Positions 23,810 to 35,674 of a stretch of DNA of 64,000 bases are shown in pieces; position 1 is the stretch's first letter, and each line of letters begins with the position of its first letter. Both the position numbers and the translations under genes were made by a program. Below the pieces are notes generated by a model. The model worked only from the letters and a program-made list of their open reading frames with translations, was not told the origin of the DNA and did no database searches. Origin of the DNA: Chrysemys picta bellii (taxonomy: Eukaryota); contig NC_088792.1 of assembly GCF_011386835.1 (NCBI RefSeq), positions 226,052,001-226,116,000 on the forward strand. Direction: 5' to 3'.

Positions 23810-25290
23810 ACTAGAATTCTTTGAGTATGTCAACAGCTGATAAAGGAGAATCTGTTAAATAATGTATTTGTACTTTGAATAAACCTTTGACAAAGTTCCT
23901 CACCAGAAAGTATAAGGAAACTCTGGCAAGAAGTCATGGGGTGAGAAGTAAAGCACGGTCAAAGAACAAAAGTTAAGAGTAGGAATAAATGGTCAATTTC
24001 CAGATAGCAAAAGGTTATCAAAGGAGCACCTCCAGGATCTGCACTATGATTAGTGTTGTTTAATATATTTATTAATAATCTGGAAAAAAGGAGTGAAGTA
24101 TGAGGTGGTCTACTTTGCAGATGACAACAATTATTTAGGTTAGTCAAGACTAGAGAAGACTGTAAAGAATTTCTAAGAGATCTATCAGTGCTTGATGTAC
24201 AGGCAATGTGGTAATAGATGAAATTCACTTTGACCTATGCAAGTTACAAGACATTAGAAGGGATCATTTGAATTACTGGTACATATTAATGGGTTCTAAA
24301 TTAACTACAACCACTCAGGAAAAGAAGCTGACCATCCGTATGGACAGTTTAATGTAAACACATGTTTACAGTTTCAGATTATATTCAGGCTAAAGTTTGA
24401 TGCCAAATACATGTGAGGCTTCCCTCACATGTATTTGTACAGTTTAATGTAAACACATGTATTTGCACAGTTTAATGTAAACACACGTTCACTGTGCAGT
24501 GTTGAGTTGTTTCTGCTTTCTGGCTACTGGTGGCAGTGTTGTGGTGAATAAATGTTAGGATGTATAAATCTGGGATAGAAAATACTGAAAATATTATAGT
24601 CATTCTGTACATCGATGGAATGGTCTCACCTGGACTACTGTGTTCAGTTCTAGTCACCCCATCTCAACTATGATATAGCAGAAATAGAAGGGCTTTAGGG
24701 AAGCACAATGAAAATAATCAGGGGCAATAAAACAGCTCTATATGAGGAGAAACTGAAAAGGCTGGGACTGTTTAGTTCAGACTGGAGATGAATAAGAGGA
24801 AGTATAACAATAATGGACGCTATACAGGAGTTAATTCAGGCAGTCCTATTCACTCGCTAGAATGAGAAACCCTTTAATGAAACTCAAATACAACCAGTTA
24901 AAAATTGATAATGGATTTTGTTTTTTCCAATAGTGTAAAACTAACCTATGGAACTCTTTTGTACAAGATATCATTGCAACTAAGAGTTTAGAATAAATAC
25001 ATAAATAAAAAGCAGATATTTTTGTATGGATAATGAGAGCACGCACAGTTGTATTAGGTAGGATAAAAACATTAAGCATATCAACTTTCAATGTTTCACG
25101 TCAAAAGCCAGCCACTAATTCTAGGGCATTAGGAAAATACTTTCCTGATGGGCAGGTAATTCCACAATAGTCCACTGTGAGGTTACTCTCAAGTTCCTCG
25201 GAAGCATCTATTACTAGTGATTGTCAGAGACAAGATAGTGGACTGGATACCACTGGTCTGATCTGGTATGGCAATCCTTATGTTTTTAGT
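23810..25290 (+). mobile_element. Old 5'-truncated CR1 LINE fragment (RT C-terminus and 3' end)
   Basis: Degenerate CR1 RT motifs (cctttgacaaagttcctcac; tttgcagatgacaac = FADD; cacctggactactgtgttcagttctagtcacccc) and 3' tail ggactggataccactggtctgatctggtatggcaatccttatg. Confidence 0.8.
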
Positions 25291-28200
25291 ACAGCTACAG
25301 ATCTACAATTCTTAATGATACATTTATTTTTAAACAGTTTTATTCTTTTAAATTAATTTAAAATTATTTTAAAAGAATAAAATTTGTAAATATAGTAAAT
25401 TAATTATGTAATTAAACTAAATTTAACATTCTGTACGACAAGTTGTCTATCTGTTCTTAAAAATATACTTAAACATATAAATGAATGTTAAACAAACATT
25501 ACAAAACAAAGTCCATTGAATAGACTTTGCAGAGTCTCAGGCAGTTTGTAGCCTTCAAATACAAAATGGCACCATAAGATGTATGTACTCCATCCCACAC
25601 ATGCTTCGTGATATTTAGAGGGGAAATGTAGCCATTTTCCTAAGATCAGCAGCACAGCCTTTCAACAGCTAATAAGTACCTGTCACCATGAATGAAACTC
25701 AGAAACCTCTCAGAAAATGCACATTAGGAATCAGGCCTGCAGCAGCGCTAGTCTCTAGGCAACCCACAACAGCAGTTGGCCTGCAGCTGGTTGCCTGATT
25801 GGCTACACCACCACATTGGCTGGAAGGGCCAGCAGACTGACTCTTAAGCCAGCAAGCTCCAGAGCTCACTGGCTGCTCAATGCTCACACCCACCACTGTG
25901 AGGAGTGGGCTGACAGCGTGCCTTGATTCTCTTGAGACCGTCAGCATTCTTGTGCACAACACCCCAGCCATATCAGTTTTAACTAGCATTGGAATCCAGG
26001 CAAGTCCCCTAGACCCGCACACACCTCTCCAATGCAGAGAAGTACCGACACTGGATGTTAGGCCTATGCTTATACTGAGGGGATCCCAGCCATCTTGTTT
26101 TGAGATGCCTGGCATAGACTCTGGCAGCGCTGAGGCTGGGAAACACTAGGCTCCCAGCCCCAAGGAGCTGGTCTGTGCTGTCTAGGTCTTCCCCTCCCCT
26201 GGTAGTCCTCAGAACCCACAAGCCATAGTCGGCAGAGCCAGACCATCAAGCCAGTTTTTGATGATGCTCCACATATGTCTACTGATTCAACTATTTGCAA
26301 GCCCCAACATTCACCAAGAGGCCCTCGTTGACTTTGGGCCTTGGGTAATTTTATGGACCTGAACTTTGCTGAGGTCCATGCAATTCCCACCATACACAAG
26401 AATTCTCCAGATCTGGTTGAATCTGCTGATGGGTCCCTTCTCTCCTTGGGAGACAAGACCTGCCAGTGATAGTTGTCACTCTCTGGGGTCATCAGGAAAC
26501 CCTCAGATTTGGGCTAATCTGGGCCCCCCATGCTCTGGAAATCGTAGGTATGCCCTGGCTTACTATCCAATACCTCCACATTTGCTGGTGGAAGGAGACA
26601 CTACACTTTAGTTCTTGATATTGCCGGCTGTCCTGCCTCCCAGGATCCAAGAACTGGACTGGTACGCTCTACACGTGATAATGCAAACCTCAGAGAGCAA
26701 GGCACCAGGACCTCAGGGCCACTCACATCTCTGTCTGCCTCAGCTGAGATCCTCCACAAATACCGTGACTCTGTTAATGTTTTTGACAAGGGAAAGGCAG
26801 ACATTCTGCCCCCGCATCAGAATTATGACTCCCTCAATGACCTCCAACCTGTAGCAGAGATCCCAATAAGTCAGATATATGCCAGAACTTCAGACTCTCC
26901 CCATGTATTTTCAGGAGAACCTACAGAAGGGTTTCATCTGCCCATCCACATCTCCGGCAAGTGCCCAATATTTTTTGCCAAGAAGATGGATGACTCATTG
27001 TGGCCTTGTATCGATTATGGGGCCTCAACAAAGTGACCATACGAAACTGCTCACTGCTCCCCCTCATAAGCAAACTCAGACTGGCTACATGCAGCTCACA
27101 TTTTCACTAAGTTAGACCTGCAGAGGCCTATAACCTGGTGTTTGTGGGAGATGAATGGAAGACTGGCTTTCATACTCAATATGGTCATTATGAATATCTG
27201 GTCATGCCGCTCAGCCCATGCAATGCTCCAGCAACTTTTCAACACTTTATGAATGATATATTTTGGGATATACTGGACCAATCTGTCATTATTTACCTTG
27301 ACACCCTAATTTCTTCTGAGGGCAAAGTTCTTCAGGACCAGCACCTGGGCGGCATTCTTGAAAGACTATGCCAGAATCACCTATGTATCAAGCTGGAGAA
27401 ATGTGTATCTGACTGGGACATCCTTAAATTTCTCGGGGATATTATCTCATTTAACAGACTGGCAATGGAACCCCACAAAGTGGCAGCCAGCATGGAATGG
27501 GCGTGACTAAAGGATGCACACAGAATCCAATACTTCTTGGCTTTTGTTAACTTCTACGACTGATTAAGAGAGCTTTAAACTAGGAATTGGGGGAAGATGG
27601 TTGGGAGATGTCCAGGTAATCTCCACGCTGGATTTTAACATTGAAAGGGAAGAAAATGAAGTAAGAAAGGATACAGCTGTGGGTAGGAGAATGGACATAC
27701 GGAGGAAGGGTAGTGTAGATACCATTCTAATAGGTGATACTGGTGGTAGAATGTCTGGGCCTAATTGGGTAAAGAATGTGAGCGAAGCCAAACAGCAAGA
27801 ATTAAGATGTTTGTACACCAATGCAAGGAGCCTAGGTAACAAAATGGAGGAACTAGAGTTACTGGTGCAGGACGTGAAACCGGATTTTATGGGGATAACA
27901 GAAACATGGTGGAATAGTAGTCATGACTGGAGTACAGGTATTGAAGGGTATGTGCTGTTTAGGAAAGACAGAAATAAAGGCAAAGCTGGTGGAGTAGCAT
28001 TGTATATCAATGATGAGGTAGAAAAAAGCAGTGGTGGAATGGATAAGACTGTAAAGAAATAAGAAGGGATGGAATGGATAAGACAGAGTCTGTCTGAGCA
28101 AAAATCACATTGGGGAAGAAAGCTACTATAGCCTCCCCTGAGATAGTGTTTGGGGTGTGCTATAGACCACCAGGATCTGATTTGAATATGGATAGAGACC

Positions 28201-30176
28201 TTTTTAATGTTTTTAATGAAGTAAATACTAATGGGAATTGTGTGATCATGGGAGATTAACTTCCTAGATATAGACTGGAGGATAAGTGCTAGTAATAGTA
28301 ATAGGGCTCAGATTTTCCTAGTATGCGATAGCTGATGGATTCCTTCACCAAGTAATTGCTGAACCAACAAGAGGGGATGCCATTTTAGATTTGATTTTGG
28401 TGAGTAGTGAGGACCTCATAGAAGAAATGGTTGTGGGGGACAACCTTGGTTCGAGCGATCATGAGCTAATTCAGTTTAAACTAAATGGAAGGATAAACAA
28501 AAATAGATCTGTGACTGGGTTTTTGATTTCAAAAGGGCTAATTTTAAAAAAATTAAGGAAATTAGTTAGGGAAGTGGATTGGACTGAAGAACTTGTGATC
28601 TAAAGGCAGAGGAGGCCTGGAATTACTTCAAGTCAAAGTTGCAGAAACTATCAGAAGTCTGCATCCCAAGAAAGGGGAAAAAATTCATAGGCAGGAGTTG
28701 TAGACCAAGCTGAATGAGCAAGCATCTCAGAGAGGTGATTAAGAAAAAGCAGAAAGCCTACAACGAGTGGAAGATGGGAGTGATCAGCAAGGAAAGCTAC
28801 CTTATTGAGGTCAGAACATGTAGGGATAAAGTGAGAAAAGCCAAAAGCCATGTAGAGTTGGACCTTGCAAAGGAAATTAAAACCAATAGTAAAAGGCTCT
28901 ATAGCCATATAAATAGGAAGAAAACCAAGAAAGAAGAAGTGGAATCGCTAAACACGGAGGATGGAGTGGAGGTTAAGGATAATCTAGGCATGGCCCAATA
29001 TCTAAACAAATATTTTGCCTCAGTCTTTAATGAGGGTCTTAGGGATAATGGTAGGATGACAAATGGGAATGAGGAAATGGAGGTAGATATTACCACATCC
29101 GAGGTAGAAGCCAAAGTCGAACAGCTTAATGGGACTAAATCGGGGGCCCCAGATAACCTTCATCCAAGAATATTAAAGGAACTGGCACATGAAATTGCAA
29201 GCCCATTAGCAAGAATTTTTAATGAATCTGTAAACTCAGGGGTTGTACCGTATGTCTGGAGAATTGCTAACAGTTCCTATTTTTAAGAAAGGGAAAAAAA
29301 GTGATCCGAGCAACTACAGGCCTGTTAGTTTGACATCTGTAGTATGCAAGGTCTTGGAAAAATTTTTGAAAGAGAAAGTAGTTAAGGACATTGAGGTCAA
29401 TGGTAATTGGGACAAAATCCAACATGGTTTTACAACAGGTAGATCATGCCAAACCAACCTGATCTCCTTCTTTGAGAAGACAACAGACTTTTTAGACAAA
29501 GGAAACGCAGTGGATCTAATTTACCTCGATTTCAGTAAAGCATTTTATACGATTCCACATGGGGAATTATTAGCTAAATTGGAAAAGATGGGGATCAATA
29601 TGAAAATTGAAAGGTGGATAAGGAACTGGTTAAAGGGGAGACTACAACAGGTTGTACTGAAAGGTGAACTGTCAGGCTGGAGGGAGGTTACTAGTGGAGT
29701 TCCTCAGAGATCGGTTTTGGGACCAATCTTATTTAATCTTTTTATTGCGGACCTTGGCACAAAAAAGTGGGAATGTGCTAATAAAGTTTGCGGATGACAC
29801 GAAGCTGGGAGGTATTGCCACTATAGAGAAGGACCAGGATATCATACAGGAAGATCTGGATGACCTTGTAAACTGGAAAGTAATAGGATGAAATTTAATA
29901 GTGAAAAGTGCAAGGTCATGCATTTAGGGATTAATATCAAGAATTGTGGTTATAAGCTGGGGACGCATCAGTTGGAAGTAACAGAGGAAGAGAAGGACTT
30001 CGGAGTATTGGTTGATCACAGGATGACTATTAGCTGCCAATGTGATATGGCCGTGAAAAAAGCTAATGCGGTCTTGGGATGCATCAGGCGAGGTATTTCC
30101 AGTAGAGATAAGGAGGTGTTAGTACCGTTATACAAGGCACTGGTGAGACCTCATCTGGAATACTGTGTGCAGTTCT

Positions 30177-33166
30177 CAGAGGCGTAGCGAGCGCCCTCGG
30201 TACCCTCCAACCGGAGGGGGCCCCGCAAGGAAGGGGGCCCCTAAAAGTGGCAAAAAAAATGTAAGGTATAACTAGGTAAGTGACATTTATTGACGCTATT
30301 GCACAATCCATGTCGGTTTTACTGACAAAACCGTGAAGTCATTATGATACATCATAATGCTATTGGCTACATCAGTTGTCTGTCGGTCAGTTTCGAATTT
30401 TAGTTGGACCCATTCAAAGAATGTGTATTTGCGTTCATAATGGCGGTCGGCGGATAAATGTTATTAATTTAGTTGTTTAATTTTTTATCGTTTGAAACGA
30501 TTAGTTTCCAACGCAGAAGCATGCTTTGTGATGTCTAAGAGAACGTATAAGAGCGGAGCTGGTAAACGAAAGGCAGCAAAAGATGCCAAGAAGGAACTTG
30601 AGAAAATTCCAAAGTTGTCAACGTATTTTGCGCTGCAATCCAATGTACAGGTACAGGCACATGAAACGGACAGCGCTAGCAGCGACGAATCGTATCCAGA
30701 AGTATCCAGAAGTGCTTCAAGTGAGGTCGAAGGTGAATCCAGTTGTTCTACCAAACAAACTGTGACAGATATTCCAGCTGCTGCCGGGAAAGAAGTATCT
30801 GAATCTGAACCACTGACTGATGATCCAGGAGATTGGCCGTCTATAATATCGGACAGGCAAGTGTGTGACATTGTTGCACGTGGCCCACCGCAGCAGAATG
30901 AAAGTTACGAATTTCCATTTAACGAGGAAAGACGGAGGTTCACAAGTACTCATTTCTATCGAACCATGGCAAATGGCGAGAAAATAAGACGTTCATGGTT
31001 AATGTACTCAGTTCAGAAAGATGCCATTTTTTGTTTTTGTTGTAAATTATTTGGCACTGGCGACATACCGCTACGTCGTGGAACATCTGCTTGGAAAGCA
31101 CTGTCAAAAAGACTTCAGCAGCATGAAACAGGCAAAGGTCATCAAGCCTGTATGGTGAAATGGTTTGACCTTCGGTCAGGCATAGTAAACCGTACATCTA
31201 TTGACCAACTCGAATTGCAGGCTTTTCTGAAAGAAAGATTTCTGGAGAAATGTTGTCAAATGCATGGTTGATGTCGTTATTATCTTGTCCAAAAGAAACT
31301 TGCATTTCGAGGAAGTAATGAAAAGCTCGGCGATCCTTCGAATGGCAACTTTTTGGGACTCTTTGAATTGCTTGCAAAGTATGATACTGTCCTCAGCGAA
31401 CTTTTACAGAGGATTAAGAAGGCAGAGACACATGTTCAGTACCTCAGTCCACAGATCCAAAATGAGCTGATTCAACTTGTTGCCAGTAACATTCAAGAGG
31501 CCAACATAGCGCAGCTTAAAAAAGCAAAATATTATTCAGTTATTTTGGACTGTACTCCTGACGTGTCACATGAAGAACAGATGTCTGTGGTGTTACGTTT
31601 TGTTGAATGCAACGGTGAAGATGGTGTCAATATTCGTGAAGCATTTGTTGGTTTTCTTAATGTTCATGATACAACTGGCGAGGGCTTATTGGAAGCATTT
31701 CTTGAAAAGGCAAACAATTTAGGAATACACATTGCTGACATGAGAGGCCAAGCTTATGATAACGGCGCAAATATGAGAGGAAAGAATAAAGGAGTTCAAG
31801 CCCGCATGCTAGAAATAAATGACCGTGCCTTGTATGTACCATGTGGAGCTCACTCTTGGAATCTTGTGATCTCAGACGCGGCAAAGTCATCGAAATATGC
31901 CGTTGACTTTTTCGGTCTGATTAACAGAATATACGTTATCTTTTCTTCTTCACCTTCACGTTGGGATATACTTCAAGAACATATGCCAATATCTGTTAAA
32001 GGCTTATCGGACACTCGTTGGGATTCGAGAATTGATGCTGTGAAGCCATTGTGTTATCACCTTGAAGAATTGTGCAATGCTTTGTTATCTTTGCGAGAAT
32101 ATGCGCTCGAAAAGAAAGATGGCAATACAGCAACAGAAGCCGATGCGCTTTTAGACCATGTTACTACCTGGCCTTTTGTTCTGACTGTGTACACGTGGTA
32201 CGATATACTATTTCACGTCAATAAAACCACCAAATTAATTCAGTCACCAGATGTGTCAATTGACGTACTGCAGGCAGAAGTCAGTGCTACAAAGAAGTTT
32301 TTGGAAGACTATCGAAATACAGGATATATCTCTGTGGCCACAAATGCACGTGAAATAGCAGAGCATATGGGTATTGAGCAGGTGTTTCCAGAAACCAGGG
32401 TGCGACGTAAGAAGAGAATGTTTGATTACGAATGTGCTGATGATTCGAGTCGTCTTTCTGCCGAAGAAAAATTCAAATCGCAGTTCTTTCTTGTTCTCAC
32501 TGATCAGGCCATATCTTCTGTTTCGTCGTGATTTGACCAACTCGTGGAGTGGTATAAGTTGTTTGGATTTCTGTATAACGCTAACAGCCTGAAGCAGTGT
32601 CACAGAGAAAATGAACTGGAGAATCACAGCAAAAATTTTGAAAGAAAAATGGGAGACATTGATGCCAACGAACTCATAATGGAATTGATGCGTTTTATTT
32701 ATGTCATCGAGAAAGAGAGAGGACTTGTCACGGCAAACAATTTTTTAACGTACATATACAAGGCCTTTAGGAGATATATCCGAATCTTTCCATTTGCATC
32801 AGAATTCTTCTGACCACACCAGTTACTGTCGCTGGTGCTGAAAGGAGCTTCAGCAGAATGAAACTGATCAAGAATATCCTGCGCTTAACCATGACAGGCT
32901 TTCTGCACTTGCAGTTATCTCAATCGAAAACAAGATTGCCAGATCTCTGGACTATGACACATTGATTAACCAATTTACGGAGAACAAGGCTCGAAAGAAG
33001 CGCTTTGCGTAAATACGGAATACATGTACACTGTAGGCCTATGTATACATAATATGAACCCTGTATATTGTATAAAATAAATACCGCATTCCAGTTTCTG
33101 CATTGTAAGGGGCCCCACCCGGAAATATGTTCGGAGGGGGCCACGTTCTTTGTTGCTAGGGCCCTG
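30177..33166 (+). mobile_element. Full-length hAT DNA transposon (Tip100/ZMYM-like transposase type), 2990 bp
   Basis: Exact 8-bp TSD GCAGTTCT at 30169-30176 and 33167-33174; removing the insert restores the CR1 ORF2 sequence. Imperfect TIRs CAGAGGCGTAGCGA / CAGGGCCCTAGCAA (10/14). Contains a transposase gene. Confidence 0.96.
30531..33012 (+). pseudogene. hAT transposase pseudogene (~830 codons reconstructed)
   Basis: ATG 30531. TTF-type Zn finger (WLMYS...FCFCCKLF...LQQHE...H). Catalytic-domain motifs YYSVILDCTPD, QAYDNGANM, CGAHSWNL, LSDTRW. C-terminal dimerisation domain TPVTVAGAERSFSRMKLIK...RLSALAVISIE. TAA at 33010-33012, AATAAA at 33076-33081. Lesions: compensating frameshifts near 31238 and 31302, TGA at 32529-32531 (likely from CGA), frameshifts near 32765 and 32896. 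Confidence 0.93.
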
Positions 33167-35363
33167 GCAGTTCTGGTCTCCCATGTTTAAGAAGCATTCA
33201 AACTGGAACAGGTACAGAGAAGGGCTACTAGGATGATCTGAGGAATGGAAAACCTGTCTTATGAAAGGAGACTCAAAGAGCTTGGCTTGTTTAGCCTAAC
33301 CAAAAGAAGGCCGAGGGGAGATATGATTGCCCTCTATAAATATATCAGAGGAATAAATACCAGGGAGGGAGAGGAATTATTTAAGCTCAGTACCAATGTG
33401 GACACAAGAACAAATGGATATAAACTGACCATCAGGAAGTTTAGACTTGAAATTAGATGAAGGTTTCTAACCATCAGAGGAGTGAAGTTCTGGAACAGCC
33501 TTACAAGGGGAGTAGTGGGGGCAAAAGACATATCTGGCTTCAAGACTAAGCTGGATAAGTTTATGGAGGGGATGGTAGGATGGGATAGCCTAATTTTGGC
33601 AATTAATTGGTCTTTGACTATTAGCGGTAAATATGCCCAATGGCTTGTGATGGGATGTTAGATGGGGTGGGATCTGAGTTACTACAGAGAATTCTTTCCT
33701 GGGTGTCTCGCTGGTGAGTCTTGCCCACATGCTCAGGGTTTAGCTGATCGCCATTATTTGGGGTCGGGAAGGAATTTTCATCCAGGGCAGATTGGCAGAG
33801 GGTTTTTTTTTGCCTTCCTCTGCAGCGTGGGGCATGGGTCATTTGCTGGAAGATTCTCTGCATCTTGAAATCTTTAAACCATGATTTGAGGACTTCAATG
33901 GCTCAGATACTGGTCTGATACAGGAGTGGGTGGGTAAGATTCTGTGGCGTGCATTGTGCAGGAGGTCAGACTAGATGATCATAATGGTCCCTTCTGACCT
34001 TAAAGTCTATGATTCTATGATTTATCCCAGGATTCTCTGTGTTAGCTGCTCTGCTCACAGCCCTACTACGGAAGGGAATTCGATTTGTATGATCCCCAGA
34101 AGCTCAGGTTGCTTTTGATAATCTGAAGCAGAGATTCATCAACGGCTCCCATCTGGATTCACCCAGACCCTGCCACACTGTTTATGGTGGAGGCAGATGC
34201 TTTGAACATTGCACTAGGGACAGTTCTAGCCCAATCCGATGCTCTCGAAGAGTGACTTCACCCATGCACATTTTACTCGCGAAAACTCACTCCTGCTGGG
34301 GGGAAATATGACATCCTGGACAAATAACTGCTGGCCATCAAAATGGACTTTGAAGAATGGAGCCACCTTCTGGAAGAGGCTAGATTTCTTGTCCAAGTTC
34401 TCATAGATCATAAAAACTTGGAATACCTTAAGATGGCCAGGCACCTGAAAACACCTGCAGGCATGCTGGTTCCTCTACTTCACGCAATTCAGGTTTGTGG
34501 TCACCTACCCTCCTGGGACAAAGAACAGGAAGGCAGATGCATTGTTGTGGAAGGATGAGAACTTTGATCCTGGAAAAGAAACTAGGTCCACAATCCTCGA
34601 GCCCTCAAACTTCATTTCTTCCATCATAGCCTCCAACCTGATAACCTCTATCCATTCTTAGCTGCCCCACAACCTCTTTGCCATCCAAATCCATCAAGCC
34701 TTAGACCAAGAGCAGGACCAGACCTCTGCCGCATTCATGTTCCAGGACAGGATCTGGTATCATAAAGGATGCATATATGTACCTGAAGGGTCTACTGAGC
34801 TTCAAGTCCTACAACTCGGCCATGATGCTCCCGTGGAGGGCCACTCTGGCTGTTCCAAGATGCAAGACCTAGTGTCTGGGAGCTTTTGGTGGTCAGCTGT
34901 ATGTGTCTTGTTTTGCCTTACGTAGTCTCCTGTGATATTTGCACCCAGACCAAGACACCCTGTTCAAGACTGCTGGGTCTCCTCCAAACCTTACCCACTC
35001 TGCCCTGGTTTTGGGCTATCGTTTCCATGTACTTTATCATGGAATTACCACCCTCCCAAGGCCACACTACAATTCTAGGGATGATCAACCACTTAACCAA
35101 GATGCCACACTTTGTTGAATACCGGGCGCTTCCCTCTGCTCAGGAAACAGCCCACTTGTTTGTGAACAACATCTTTCCTCTTCATGGCTTACCTCTGAGT
35201 ATGGTATCTGTCTGGGGACCAGGGTTTATTTCCTGCTTCTGGTGGGAATTCCCATGCCACCTGAGTATAAACATGCTAACCTCTATGGCCTATCACCCAA
35301 GCAACACCTCAGTCTGAGGACGACAATTAGATCCTAGAACATAACCTATGTTACTTTCTAAAC

Positions 35364-35674
35364 CAGGGGCCGGCAACCTTTCAGAAGTGGTGTGCCAAGT
35401 CTTCATTTATTCACTCTAATTTAAGGTTTCACATGCCAGTAATACAGTTTAACATTTTTAGAAGGTCTCTTTCTATAAGTCTATAATATATAACTAAACT
35501 ATTGTTGTATGTAAAGTAAATAAGGTTTTTAAAATGTTTAAGAAGCTTCATTTAAAATTAAATTAAAATGCAGAGCCCCCCGAACCGGTGGCCAGGACCC
35601 AGGCAGTGTGAGTGCCACTGAAAATCAGCTCGCGTGCTGCCTTCGGCACACGTGCCATAGGTTGCCTACCCCTG
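35364..35674. mobile_element. hAT Charlie/Buster-type MITE inserted in the Gypsy integrase
   Basis: TIR CAGGGGCCGGCAACCT / AGGTTGCCTACCCCTG. TSD TTCTAAAC / TTTTAAAC (7/8) with central TA, typical of Buster-type targets. Confidence 0.88.

Larger units (their letters stand above)
27566..34020 (+). mobile_element. CR1 LINE (turtle PsCR1-type), 5'-truncated at the end of ORF1, with complete but disrupted ORF2
   Basis: Begins AAG AGA GCT TTA AAC TAG (ORF1 end). APE endonuclease (LRCLYTNARSLGNK, ITETWW). RT ([35 protein letters not shown]). 3' UTR ends in the CR1 octamer tail CTATGATTCTATGA. Split by a hAT at LEYCVQF|WSP. Confidence 0.95.

Noticed and set aside
30177-33166. Possibility that the CpG-rich insert is contaminant or misassembled foreign DNA
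   Set aside because: An exact 8-bp TSD and seamless rejoining of the CR1 reading frame show genuine transposition into this locus.
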